A DNA stretch of 64,000 nucleotides from Octopus vulgaris (Eukaryota), in assembly GCA_951406725.2 (NCBI GenBank), contig OX597814.1, positions 52,886,001 through 52,950,000 on the forward strand. Direction: 5' to 3'. Below are positions 27,382 through 41,142 of this stretch, in pieces; the first letter of the stretch is position 1; every line of letters begins with the position of its first letter. The translations under genes and the position numbers were made by a program. Under the pieces are notes generated by a model. It did no database searches, was not told where the DNA came from, and saw nothing but the letters and a program-made list of their open reading frames with translations.

Positions 27382-27727
27382 CTATTACTTTGTGGGGTAA
27401 CTTAAAAGGCTAAGGGAATAAACCCCTCTGGAAAATCTGGAAGATAAGCCCCTAAGGTAGATGTGTATAGTTATACTTAACAAATATTTAGCATCCCCTG
27501 CAGCTCTATGGATGCTATGAACATATTGACTGCTTTTTTTTTTGTGGAGTGTCCATGAATGGAAAGGAGGTAGTTGTACTTGGGACTAGGCACTTGCTTC
27601 TGGAAACAGCCAAGGCACAGCAGAAGCTGTTAAACTATTGACTCTGCAATAACGTCCACCAACAATGAAAAGGCCAACTGCATACATACATACATACATA
27701 CACACGTACATTATATATGTATATATA

Positions 27728-27779
<52 letters not shown>

Positions 27780-28322
27780 CATTTATCATCATTATTTAAC
27801 GTCTATTTTTCATGCTGGCATGGGTTGGACAATTTGACAGGCTCTGGTCAGCCAGAGGGCTCTCAGGTTCCATTTGTCTGTTTTGGCATGGTTTCTATGG
27901 CTGGATGCCCTTCCTAGCACCAACCACTTTACAGAGTATGTTGGGTGATGTTTACATAGCACTGGCATGGATGTCTTTATGTGGAGTCAGCACGAGTGCT
28001 TCTACCGATGATGCTGGCACAAGTGCTTATTATGTAGTACTGGCACGAGACCCCTTTTATGTGACATTGGCACGAGTGCCTTTTATATGATACCAACATG
28101 TGTATTCTTTACATGGCACTAGCGTGAGTGCTTTTCATGTGGTGCTTGCACAAGTGCTTTTATATAAAATATGCATCAGGAAGGACATCAGGTGGTACAA
28201 ACTATGCCAAAGCAGACATAAAACCTGGTGGAGTCTTCTGGTTTGCCTGTTCTTTTAAAACCATCTAGCCCATGCGAGCATGGAAAAAAAATATTAAATG
28301 ATAATGATGGCATGTGTCTGTA

Positions 28323-28365
<43 letters not shown>

Positions 28366-28773
28366 TGGGAACCACTATTACTTTGTGGGGTAACTTAAAA
28401 GGCTAAGGGAATAAACCCCTCTGGAAAATCTGGAAGAGAAGCCCCTAAGGTAGATATGTACAGTTATACTTAACAAATATTTAGCATCCCCTGCAGCTCT
28501 ATGGATGCTATGAACATATTGACTGCTTTTTTTTTTGTGGAGTGTCCATGAATGGAAAGGAGGTAGTTGTACTTGGGACTAGGCACTTGCTTCTGGAAAC
28601 AGCCAAGGCACAGCAGAAGCTGTTAAACTATTGACTCTGCAATAACGTCCACCAACAATGAAAAGGCCAACTGCATACATACATACATACACACACACAT
28701 ACATACATGTATACATACATACAAACATACATATAAACGCACATTATATATGTATATCTACTGTGTATGTATG

Positions 28774-28829
<56 letters not shown>

Positions 28830-28877
28830 ACATTTATCATCATTATTTAATGTCTATTTTTCATGCTGGCATGGGTT
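27382..28877. repeat. near-identical direct duplication (27382-~27826 and 28375-~28877)
   Basis: About 310 bp of unique-looking sequence is nearly identical in the two copies, followed by a shared microsatellite and SINE start. Confidence 0.9.
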
Positions 28878-28886
28878 ATACATACA

Positions 28887-29101
28887 TGAGAGGGTACTGA
28901 AAAGTTCCTGGCTTTAAGGGTATCTCAAAAGGCTTGATTGGAAGTCCAACCTTCCAAGTTCTTTTAAAGAGCTTAGAAAGACTGAAGGACTGCTGCAATA
29001 AGTGTGTGAATCAGAAAGGGATACATTGAATAAAATCATAATTAACTGATCCTCCTGTATTTTCTTTTACCCAAAGCCAGGAACATTTTGGCACCCCCTC
29101 G
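28887..29101 (+). mobile_element. mariner-derived MITE (internal deletion derivative)
   Basis: TIRs tgagagggtactgaaaagttcctggcttt / aaagccaggaacattttggcaccccctcg, followed by TA. The interior retains a transposase C-terminus-like LKDCCNKCVNQKG. Confidence 0.75.
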
Positions 29102-29139
29102 TATATATGGATGTCAAATGATGACGTATTTATATATAC

Positions 29140-29256
<117 letters not shown>

Positions 29257-29275
29257 AAAAAATAATAAAATAAAT

Positions 29276-29522
29276 GTGCCCTTTTAAAGCCTAGCCAGGC
29301 TCATGGGCCCGGTTTGCCAGTTTCAATGGTGTATGTGTATCCCAGCTGGACGGGACGCCAGTCCATCACATCATTACTCAATTTTGCCAGCTGAGTCGAC
29401 TGGAACAACATGAAATGAAGTGTTTTGCTCAAGAACACAATGCATCGCCTGGTCCAGGAATCGAAACCACAATCGTACGATCATGATGCCGACACCCTAA
29501 CCACTAAGCCACACGCCTCCAC
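29276..29522 (-). mobile_element. tRNA-derived SINE (CORE/V-domain-like)
   Basis: A-box tggcttagtgg, B-box ggtttcgattcc, then gtgttcttgagcaaaacactt and gatggactggcgtcccgtccag. Related heads at ~30215-30355 and ~62450-62750. Confidence 0.7.
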
Positions 29523-29574
29523 ACACACACACACACACACACATATATGTGTGTGTGTGTGCGTGTGCATGTGC

Positions 29575-29620
<46 letters not shown>

Positions 29621-31742
29621 GTGTATATATATATATCATATATAAAGATTAAATATATATATATATATATTCATATATATATATATATTCATATATAAAG
29701 ATTAAATATATATATATATATTTATATATATACTTTGATAATGTCTCAAACTATGCCAGTGTCACATAACAAGCACCTTTCAAGTGCTGGGCCTCATGGA
29801 AGCAATGACAAATGACTGAAGCTGTTAATGATATGCTGTGCTTGAAAAGAAAGATCCATCAAGCCAAGTGAAATCATAGTCATAGCACATACTGGTGTCA
29901 TGCCACTGGCACCCATGCCAGTGGCACATAAAAGCACCGTTGGAGTGGTTGGCATCAGGAAGGGCATCCAGCAGTAGAAACCATGCCAAACCAGACTGGA
30001 GTTTGGTGCAGCCCCTCAGCTTACCAGTCCTGGTCAAATCGTCCAACCCATGCCAGTATGGACAAATGGATGTTAAAAGATGATGATGTCTCAAGTCTGA
30101 GAGAGAGAGAGAGAGTTCTGCAATTTCTTACTGAACAACTTTCACAAACCTGATTTATTTATTGTGATTTTTGTACTGTACGTTCATCAAATCAACATTA
30201 TTTGTACAAGTGCTTGATGTACCACACATCAGATGTTGAAGAGATTGCAGTGCAACACGACATGAAGTGTTTTGATCTGCCTGGTCTGGGAATCAAATTC
30301 ATGATGTTGCGATTGTGTGTGCAATTACCCAAGCCACTAGGTCAAACACCCTCACTGTATGTATATATGTATATAGAGACAAAAATAAGGGAAAGAACTA
30401 TATTACTCTGTTATAAAAAAAAAAAAAGAAAAGAAAAAATGATGTGGTAGAATGCTAAAATAACATTATATAGTTTAGAAATAAACCTAGTTCTGAATCA
30501 GGAACTAAAAGTATGAAGTTGTTAGCTGCAATTGTTGACTATGATCAGCCTCTGGCTGTTAGTCAGAGATGGTATCTGCACTTTGTGGAAGAATAATTCT
30601 ATTGCACGTGAGATATTGGTTTCATTCTAACCAAGTAAAAATATCAGCAGTGTGAAAGACAATTTTTCTGTGGAAGAAACCCATTTAAACAGATACATGT
30701 GCACACAACAGTTTTAGATACAATGTAAAAAATTAAGAAACTGATAGAAGCCTGTTGTGTGTACATACATACATGCATACACAGGTACATATGTGTATGT
30801 GTGTCTGTGTGTATGTATGTGCGTGTATATGTGTATGTATGTGTGTATGTATCAATGTATATATATGTGCATATTTCTTTGCGTTTGTGTTTGTCTCCAA
30901 CACTGCTTGACAAACGGTGTTGGTTAACTTAGTGGTTTGGCAAAACATACTGTTAAAATAAGTAAAAATAAGTACTGGGGTTGATTCATTCAACTAAAAT
31001 CCTTCAAGGTGGTACTCCAGCATACCTGCAGTCCAATGACTGAAGTAAAAGACAAAAGGATTTGGTTCTGAAATGGTAGCAACAAAGAAAAAAAAACATG
31101 GAAATGATTGATTAGGTCAGTTCCTAATCTTCTTAGATTTTTCCCAATGAAATCACACCCATCTTCTGTCCATTGAAAGAATAATAGCTTAGTTTATAGC
31201 TATTAATAATGTATACAGATATATTTTTAACGCAAGCACTATTGTTGAAAATTAAGCTAGCCAATTTAGCTGAATCCTGTTTTGTATATACTATAATGCA
31301 TGGAAAATGGATGTTAAATAATAATAATAACAATGACGATACTGACGACGATGGCGATGGCAGCGGTGGCGACGACGACGATGATGTATTGTTATTAGCT
31401 AGTCATCTATCTGAATAGAAGGTTTATATTCTGAGGAAGGTCCAACAAAACTAGGGACTGAACACATTAATCCCATTTTCTTTTCTGCCTATGAAGAGAT
31501 AAAAACTTGTGAGATTGAAATTGAATTTCTTTGTTTCTTTCACATGTTTCAGTCATTTGACTGTCGCTATGCTAGTGCACTACCTTAAAGGGTTTTAGTT
31601 GAAGAAATCGACCCCAGGCCTTATTCTTTGAAAGCCTAGTACTTATTCTATCGGTCTCTTTTGCTGAACCGCTAAGTTACAGAGACATAAACACACCAAC
31701 ATTGGTTGTCAAGCGATGGTAGGAGACAAACACAGACACAAA

Positions 31743-31785
<43 letters not shown>

Positions 31786-32464
31786 TATATTATGTTTTTG
31801 GATTTGGTTTGCAAGATTCTTTATATGAGTTCGTGTGTTGAAGCATATTCTGTTGTGTCTGGGGAAAGTCATTTTCTTTTTGTGCATCTAAAACTGTTGT
31901 GTGCATATGTGTCTGTTTAAATGGGTTTCTTCCCCAGAGAAATTGTATTTCACACTGCTGATATTTTTACTTGATTAGAATGAAACTAATATCTCATGTG
32001 CAATAGAATGCACAAAAAGAAAATGACTCTCCCCAGACACAAAAGATAGGTACATAGGTTACAAGAACAGACACATATGGAAACACGGATCCACACATAT
32101 AAAGATGTACATCCATACATACAAACATGGTACATAGTTGCATAACACACACACACATACAGACATGCACATACAAGGAGACAGAGGTGCATGCATATAC
32201 AAACACATGCTCACACATACATACATAGAAAATACACAAACACGGACATGCAAGCACATAAATATGCAGGATACGTACATACAGAAGCACACACATACAT
32301 ACATATATACATATGCATACACACACATATATACATTCATACACATGCAAACACACACATACATACATACATGCATGCATGTATAGACACACACACATTG
32401 ACCCACACACATGCGCACAAACAAACAAAAGGGAACGCAGTGTAAATAACGGACAGAGTCAAGA

Positions 32465-32501
32465 CTATTGAAAAGGTTGCAAGACACAATGAAAATTTTA
32501 G
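32465..32501 (+). ncRNA. minimal hammerhead-like motif with U3-A8 core variant
   Basis: cta-TTGAAAA-g-gttg(caagaca)caat-GAAA-at-TT-tag. It lies in a repeat family with further pieces at ~31795-31887, ~43520-43600 and ~63240-63300. Confidence 0.45.
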
Positions 32502-32599
32502 GAAAATAAAAATAAGAAATAAGTGGAAATTTTAGCGGTGAGTGTGTTACATTATAAGGCACAAAAAGGAAATGACTCTCCCCAGACACAACAGTATAT

Positions 32600-32651
<52 letters not shown>

Positions 32652-33207
32652 GATGGGCTTCTTTCAGTTCTGTCTACCAAATCCACTCACAAGGCTTTAG
32701 TTGGCCCGAGGTTATAGTAGAAGACACTTGCCCAAGGTGCTACACAGTGGGATTGAACTTAAGAACTTAGGTTGGGAAGTAAATTTCTTACCACACAGCC
32801 CATGCCTTATTAAAAATAAAGTATACCTTAACCCTTTAGCATTCAGATTATTCTGTCAAATGCAATGCTTAGCTTTGAAATTTTGATGATGTGATTGTAT
32901 GTTTTTATTACGACATTGTAGAGCAGGTGCGAGAGGCCAAATCTGGCCAGTTTGAGTATAAAATGGGTAGAGTATTTTGGCTGGATATCATTAGTTTAAA
33001 TGTCAAAGGATTGGATTATATCCTTTATCTTTTATTTGATTCAATCATTGAATGGTGGTCATGCCGGGACACCACCTTGAAGGGTTTTAGTCAAATGAAT
33101 TAACCCCAGTACTTATTTTTTTAAGTGTGGTACTTCTATTGGTTTCTTTAAGTGAACTGCTAAGTTACAGGGACACAAACAGACCAACACTGGGAGCATA
33201 GACAAAG

Positions 33208-33238
<31 letters not shown>

Positions 33239-33380
33239 CAGACGTACATGAATGGCAATATGCCGTGCAGTATACATGTTCAAATAATGCCATCACAAAA
33301 AACATTAAGATGTTGATGATGATGATGATAATGACAACAGCGATAACGACAATGATGATGATGATGAATTTAATACTGGC

Positions 33381-33468
33381 CTCATGTTCTGTCCCATCCA
33401 AATATTTTGTGTGTCCTTGGCCCTGACGGCGATCACATATCCAGTCACCAGTATATGTAGTACCATTT
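33381..33468 (-). CDS. MORN1: MORN1-like exon C (88 nt, phase 2-0, GC donor)
   Basis: Acceptor cctttcag|A. Encodes NGTTYTGDWICDRRQGQGHTKYLDGTEHE (cf. MORN1 NGDKYDGDWVRDRRQGHG). The frame-compatible donor is GAG|gccagt. Confidence 0.88.
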
Positions 33469-36084
33469 CTGAAAGGAGAGATAATTTATCAATTATAACA
33501 GTGTGGTATCTAATCAAGATGTTTTGTGGTGTTTTTTTTTTGTAGTTTACTTTTTTGTAAAACTCCAGGCCAGCCTTGATCAAGCAGAACCATAATCAAA
33601 GATGCTCTGTCAGTGATTCTCATCTTTTTATTCAGATATACTATACCTAGAACAACATTCTCAAATGTACCCTTGCTAATTCTATCCATTTTCATTGTTC
33701 TGACACAAATCGATCCTGACTGAGAAGATCTACAGGTAAACGAAGATGTTCCAAACATAACTATGTCATCTTTTTGTCCTGGCTACATTATCCAATACCC
33801 TACTTTTTTTAAAAAAAAAACAGTATGGTTTGATGAGGCATTTAGCTGCTATTTATTTCAGGCTAAGCAACCACATGTAATTTATTGCATTTTGTTGGAG
33901 AGAAATTAGGAGCACAGGGAGGACTTGTATAACCCATGGAGTTATATATTGCGTGTACACCACTATTACTGTTTTCTTCTGTTGACCAAATGTGTTACCT
34001 GTCATTGTTCTTAGTATCTTTGTGCTTCATTTGACTTTCTTTTATATTCCACATGTATTTTGTATGTTTTGGATGTGTTCTACATAACCCCTAGTATTTT
34101 TTCGTTCTGTGTATGGTATGTTTATGTTGTTGATTGTGATGCTTAGTAGTTATTGATTTTCTCTGGCATTGCTAATAAAAAGAGAGACAAGGGAAATTGG
34201 TTGGTGCTGCTTTAACCTTTTAGCATTTAATCCAGCCATGTTTGGCCAAAATATTTTACCTGTTTTATGTTAAAACTGACCAGATCTAACCTCTCACACC
34301 TACTCTACAATGTTATTCTAAAAATATACAAACATATCATTGAAAATTTGAAGCTACAAAATAATGCATGATTAATTCAAAACAATGTGAATAAACAAGC
34401 AATACATTTGATAAAGAAATCTGAATGTTAAAGGCTCTGTCAGTTTAGGATTGTTTCTTGGGGATTAGCATGGGGATGGAGTAATTGTGCAGCTGAAGAT
34501 TGGTGGAATAATGAGAGTAGGATGGGATCTGTGAATGACTCTGTGGGTGTATTTTGAGGAGTTGATTGTAAGTCGTTTAGGTATAATTTAAACATAGCAG
34601 GGGAGAGGATGGTTTCTTGAAATGTAGGAATTTGTGAATTATGGATGTGTTGGTTTTGTACACTTTATATGTTTAGTGAGTTGAAAGATAGTACATATGT
34701 CTACTTCAGTAGACTGAGATCTAAAGAGGGATGCAGTTCAAGGTAGAAATTATTGAGAAAGCATTTAGTGTAAGGCATAGAAGTTAAGGTAGACAGGGTG
34801 AGGAGTTGGGTGGAGGTGCATATAACTTGCTAGCCAAAGTCATTGTAGTAGTGATATGTGGCAGAGAGAAGAATCAGTGACGAACCCCTACGAAATATGA
34901 AAAAATTCTGGGGTTTCACAGAAGGTGCTTTTACTAACATTTTATATAAATCTATTTAATAACAAAAGTGGTATTCATTATTTAGCTTTTTCTGGTTATC
35001 TTTTAGTGGTAGTATTCTTTCCCTGTACTGCTGCAGTATCATTTGGAAGATTTGAGATTATAGACTTTGATTGTGAGAGGAAGGTGGAAGGATTTACCTA
35101 GAAGGATGATGGTCCTCTGCTTAGTGGTGTCAGATAAATCAGAAGTGAAGAGTAGTAGGTGCTATGAGTAGTCAGCTTAAAACCTAAAAATTTCTAATAA
35201 GGTAGATGACTTGAAGTCCTACATTTTTTTCAAGGATCAGTTGGTGTTCAGAACAAGTGTGCTGTCTCTATTAATTAGGCAGTAGTGATAACATTACTGA
35301 ATCTTTTTTTGTGATGTCTGTCTCTATAATCTTTGTTGTATGTACATAAGTCTGATGGTATTTTGAAAGTGTGTAAGAATGTTGTGGTCGGAAGTGCTGT
35401 AGCATGGCGGGACTATTGTTGATTAGCCTAAAGTCAAGCCTGGTCCAACAGGCCTATGACCAAAGCACTAGAGTGTGTGCTGCCTGGGGCGGGCAGCCCT
35501 CCCTTTTGCCACCTCTAGACCCCACAAAAACACATATTGCCTACAGCAATAGCCTACAACAGAATGAAAAGTGCCGCCCCTTTAAAAGTTCTGCCCCTAA
35601 TGCTCCCTGCTAGCTATGCTAGTAGACCAAAGCCATTCCATCCGCAACCATCCTGTTCATTATGGAGACATAACACATCATTATCCAATGTGTCTTTTCT
35701 CAAGACAATAGAGTGTGATTAAAAGGGGATTTGGTTGTATTAGACAGATAAAAATTAGCAATATGAATGCTTTGTGCATTGATGTTAGACTTTTTTTTAT
35801 CTTGAATACTATATTTTTAGCTTGGAAACCATAATAATATATGATGGCTTTAGATATCAATATACAATTCCCTTTAATGGAAAAGAATATTAAGTATCAT
35901 TCTAAAATAACACACAACTGTTCTTGGTAACTCATATCATAATGCATGGAGGTGTTAGATAACAAGCTTGCTTAATTGTCTTAGAATGTCATGACTATTT
36001 TCTTAATTGTATGTGGTTCTTAATTTCCTCTGAGTGAAGTCAGTTTTCTCACTTTGGATATTATTAAATAATTTATTACAAATT

Positions 36085-36137
<53 letters not shown>

Positions 36138-36736
36138 CCGCTGCTGCTGCCACCACCAGACGCCACCACCACCATCACCTCTGTATGTTCACCAGCCTGC
36201 CTGGACTCTTTGTAAACTATATTCTTTGTAGGTCTACTTAAAATGTAATTCTGATCTTACTTTCTTCATTCATGCATAATTGACTGTATTGATTGGTCTT
36301 TGAACAGAAGGAAAGAAAGAAGGAAGGGACCAACTGACCAACCAATGGACAGACCAACCAGCTGACTGACTAACTAACCTAACTACCTACCACCTACCTA
36401 CCTACCTACCTACCTACCTAAATACCTATCTGCTTACCTACCTTCTCACACATATATTTACATACTTAAATACCTACCTCAATTCACTCACCTACTTACC
36501 TATCTAACCACCTACCCTCCTACATACCTACCTATGTATATACCAACATATCTACTTAGTTACCAGCTTACATACCCATCCACACATGTTTATGAATCAG
36601 GATAACGGTTTTACCTCATAGGGACATGGTGATCTAAGGTGGGAAGTGCCTGGCTGCAATTGGTATCATTCACTCATCCAACTGGCACATAATTTTATAT
36701 GAGCTCTGAACCATTTTATGAGGTGTGTGTGTGTTA

Positions 36737-37575
36737 ATCAAGTCGACCCATAAGTTCTGTCTGATTTTGGAATAAAGAAAACAAGCGATCAAATGTCATA
36801 TTTAATTGAAATTTAATCATCAATGTACTTTCCCTGATTATCTATGACTTACTTCCATCTATTTACAAGCTTTTTAATCCCATCAATGTAAAACTCTTTT
36901 GGTTTCAAAGCGATGAACTCTGAAATGTCAGTTTCAACTTCCTTCTCGCTTGCGAAAGTTATGTCCCCCAAATGATTCTGTAAATTACGAAACAAATGGT
37001 AGTCTAAAGGAGCAAGGTCGAGAGAATAAAGTGGATGAGGAATTTTTTCCCAACCTAGCTCTTTGATCTTCTGTGATGTGATCTTTGCAGTGTGGGGTTG
37101 TGCATTGTCCTGATCAAACATCACCTTTTTGATTCACTAAAGTGGGTCTTTTCTTTAAAGCTTAGTTCAAACGCTCTAATTGTTGACAGTAGACTTGAGC
37201 ATTGATTGTTGTATTAGGTGGTAACAATTCAAAGTGAATTACTCCCTTTGCAATCCCACCAGATAGAGAGAAGAACCATTTTCCCATGAAGTTCCCTTTT
37301 CGGTTGTGTTTTTTTTTCCTTTTACCAAGCCACTGTTTATGACATTTAACATTTCGATAGAAGATCCATTTTCCGTCACCTGTCACAAGTCTATCCAAAA
37401 AGGGTGAAATGAGTTCATGAGAATGGAGAGAAGAACAGATGTCAACTCAGGATTTGTGGTTGCATTTGGACAATTCATGAGGCACCCATTTTCCAAGTTT
37501 AGGAACCTTACCAAGTTGTTGAAGTTGATGATGAACAGTTGTATGGTTTGAACTAAGCTTTATTGCCAATTCTTC
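36737..37575 (-). mobile_element. mariner (DD34D) transposase pseudogene, 5'-truncated
   Basis: WVPHEL, LVTGDGKWIFY, QDNAQPH and HPLYSLDLAPLDYHLF motifs with frameshifts. TIR-like end at ~36737. A SINE replaces the 5' part. Confidence 0.92.
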
Positions 37576-37811
37576 TTTGTGTCTGTGTTTGTCACCCCAC
37601 CATTGCTTGACAACAGATGTTGGTGTGTTTATGTCCCCAAAACTTAGCAGTTTGGCAAAAGAGACCAACAGAATAAGTACTAGGCTTACAAAGAATAAGT
37701 CCTGAGGTCGATTTACTTGACTAAAGATGGTGCTCTAGCATGGCTGCAGTCAAATGACTGAAACTTGTAAAGGAGTAAATATATATACATATATATACAT
37801 ATATATATGTA

Positions 37812-37965
37812 AATAATAATAATTATAATTATAAGCTTAAAGCTTGTAAGTGTCCACTGTGTATTGGCTAAAGAAAATAGTCTAATATTGGGCATATATT
37901 AGACTATTTTTAACCAATACATGGTGAACACTTATAAGCTTAAAGCATATAATTATTATTATTAT
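37812..37965. repeat. fold-back hairpin element
   Basis: ~70-bp imperfect arms (aagcttgtaagtgtccactgtgtattggctaaagaaaatagtctaatat / atattagactatttttaaccaatacatggtgaacacttataagctt) around a 7-nt loop. Confidence 0.85.
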
Positions 37966-39649
37966 TATTATTATTTACAAAATTTTCACTCATCACCGTT
38001 TCTTCATTTAATGCAAAATACACACACACACACACATTATATATTTTCTTTATTGTGAACATATATATAAAGTGAAGTGCTACCCTTTGGGCTGTAGTCC
38101 TAGCTATGCAGCTTCACTGGTAAATGATGCATGACTGAAGGAGGTTAGGTAAGAATGAAGGCTTGTATAATCAGGATATGAGTGGGAATTATTGAATGTG
38201 GTAAGTAGATTGTAGATGCATAGAAGGAAGAGAGTGAAAAACAAAACCAAACCCTGGGCTCATCAGAGTTTATTAAGAGTGGAGCAAGAAAGAGCTCTAT
38301 GAACATATGACTCAATAGGACGTTCACAAGCCAAATACAGTCAAAGACTTCGCTGATGTCTAGGGCAACAACATTGGCTTCATTGACTTTCTCTCAGGGG
38401 AAAGCGCATTGGTGAGTGACATAAAAAAGGTCTCCAGTGGAACTAGCTCTGTGGAAAGCATATTGGCAGTTACTGAGGAGAAAGAGTGATTCAAAGCATT
38501 GAGGGATGCCATTGTTAATGGCTGTTTCCATTAACTTTGATGATTTAATTTACAGTTTTCTCATGTTAAAAGGTTGAATTTTGTTACATACATAAGGAAA
38601 ACAAACAATAAAAACCCCTGTTCATGACAAATCCGCGAAACAGAAAGACAGAAAATTGATGTAAAAACTCGAATCTACTTTCAAAGATATTTATTAAGGT
38701 TAGTATCCAAAATGCAGAAGAGAGAAAAAAAATTTGAAAATAAATAAAATAAACATGGTAGTATTTGATTGGTGGATGCCGAATTAATGAAATAGCAAGT
38801 TGCTGTACAGAAAGTGTATTAAGTGATATCAAACACTTAACATAAGTTTAGCCGAAAATGTTATTGCTCTGATTTAGCCTGAAGAGTTAGCTGATGACTT
38901 AAAAACAACATCTGAATACTCATTATAAATCAAAGCATCATTAATCAAAGCACTCATTAATCAACAAATTTAATCAACTGATATAAGCCTCATAAAACAA
39001 ACATGTTTATATATATTTTCCCAGAAGCATCAAAGGAGTGCAGTTATCCTTTTTAAGTATAATTTGTGTTATATTAACTAGTGAAAGGTTTTATCATGTA
39101 ATTGAAATTTTCTCACCAAACAACATTCATATAAATAATTGCATTGGACTTAGAGTAGATGGGGCAAATAATGTTAGCTGGCCAACATAACTTAATGTTT
39201 TCAAGATTCATTAATATGAAACCAAATGTCATGTTTGTAAAATGTACATGTCACAATTTGGTTTTATCCTATTTTCCTTATAAGCATCATAGAGAGCAAA
39301 TGTATAAGCAAGAAGGCCTTTGACACATCTAGGAGTACACTAAATTTAAATGAGGCATGACTAACTGATTCAGGCAGTGATGACCTGACCAGCCAATGCC
39401 AACATGGAAAATAGATCTATGATGATGATGATGGTTATGATGATATTGATGATAATGATGATCTGTATATAAAAAAAAAATTTGAGTTTCATTCAAATTA
39501 ATATTATCCACAGTACTGTTTTGGTTTCTTCAGGTTTACTTTGGATAGTGGTGGTGGTGGTGGTAGGGATGAGAAATAGTAAATTGTCATGATCAAGTAT
39601 ATTCACATTGGCACTAATAACATAAGGAAAATGAAATAAATAAAACTGA

Positions 39650-41115
39650 GATATAAAACTAATATTTGGTTTGCTGAAAGCTTATTTTCCCTCCAGTGGT
39701 TGAAAGGGCAGCCAAACATAATAAAGCTGTGCTAACAAAAATGCCATCCCTGGTTCTTTGTATTTGCACATGTTGTATTAAGTTCTGTTCCTGTTTCCTT
39801 TGGTCTCCCTCCACATGAAATGGCAGTTCGAGCTGCTTGAATCTATCCCAACCACTGTTCATCCCAGGTCAGTCATCAGCTCAACTCTGAATAATAGTCA
39901 ACCATGTAACTTAAAAAAGGCTGCCAAATTTAGCAATTTTGACATTAAAGGGGTTGTTTGCCTTCTTTCCTCTCTGTCTCCTCTTATCTCATGTACCACA
40001 GACTCCTTCAACCAATTGAAGGAGTAACATCCTCTGGCCCCTCCAGATGATCACTTACACTGGCCTGACCCACCAAGTTTTCTGCAACCCATCTTCAACC
40101 CTGACAATGTCAGGAGGGCAATTGCCTCTTTTCCAGCAGGTTCTGGCACTGAGATCAATGGCTTTTGACCTCAGCATCTCAAGGATGGTATCTCAGTCAG
40201 CTGGTGATGCTAACTCTTGGAGAACCTAACACAGTTCATAAACTTGTTCTTGTCTGAGAGTGTCCTTGCCTACATTCGTCCCCTGTTCTTTGGGGCTCAA
40301 AGGTGACCTCTGTCCCATAGTATTTGATTGTACTCTGCGATGGCTCACAGCAAAAGTGTACCTATCTTTAGTTTCTAACTGCCTGACCAAGGAATTTTCC
40401 CCTATTCAGCTAGGATTGGGTACAAAGCTAGGTTGTGAGGCTGCTGCTCATGCCATCAGGACTTTCACCAACTTGCCCTCTGAGTCCCCGAAGGTCATCC
40501 TCAAACTTGACCTTAAGAATGCTTTTAACTCCATCAGTAAAGATGTCATCCTCTGCGTGGTAAGGGAGAATTCCCCACCATTTTATCACTTTGCTTGGCA
40601 AGCCTATTGGGAGCCTTTCTACCTCTTGTTCGGTGACTACCTCATCCCATCTATCTCTGGAGACCAACAGGGAGATCCACTTGGTCCTGCTCTATTTGCA
40701 TTGGGTATTGATGATGTTAGCAAGATAGGGTCCGACCTAGACCTAAATGCCTGGTACCTTGATGATGCTTGTTTGGGAGGCCCTCCCAACAAGGTGCTTG
40801 CAACTGTGAGGATGATGATAAAAAAACTTGGTCATAGAGGTCTTAGTATCAACAGCTCTAAATGCAAGCTCTGGCTCCTCAACAAACTATTAAAATATTT
40901 GTTGACTCCCTCCCCTCAATTGCGATCTCTCCTTCATCAGTGTGGTGGTCCCTTGGAGCCCCAATTACTGACCTAGCTTTTGAGTTCATCTTTAGATCCA
41001 AAATGGCTAATCTTGAGCAACTTTTAAAAGATCTTGAAGTAATTGTGCGCTACCAAGGAATACTTAGGAATAACTTGTCAATTCCTAGGCTATTGTACCT
41101 AACAATGAAGTCTTG
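39650..41115 (+). mobile_element. CRE-clade non-LTR retrotransposon RT fragment
   Basis: ORF 40260-40976 has PIQLGLG..GCEAAAHA, KLDLKNAFNS, QQGDPLGPALF and WYLDD motifs characteristic of CRE/SLACS-type RT. Frameshifted at both ends. Confidence 0.8.
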
Positions 41116-41142
41116 ATTAATATGTGAAACAAACAAACTTAC

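Noticed and set aside
33910-35350. Faint retroelement-like coding remnants (also ~25100-25500, ~26400-26950, ~53050-53400)
   Set aside because: Too decayed to assign by eye. A TBLASTN/HMM search is needed.
38845-38905. GAAA..TT..CTGAAGA arrangement resembling a type II hammerhead
   Set aside because: Stems I and II do not pair convincingly.
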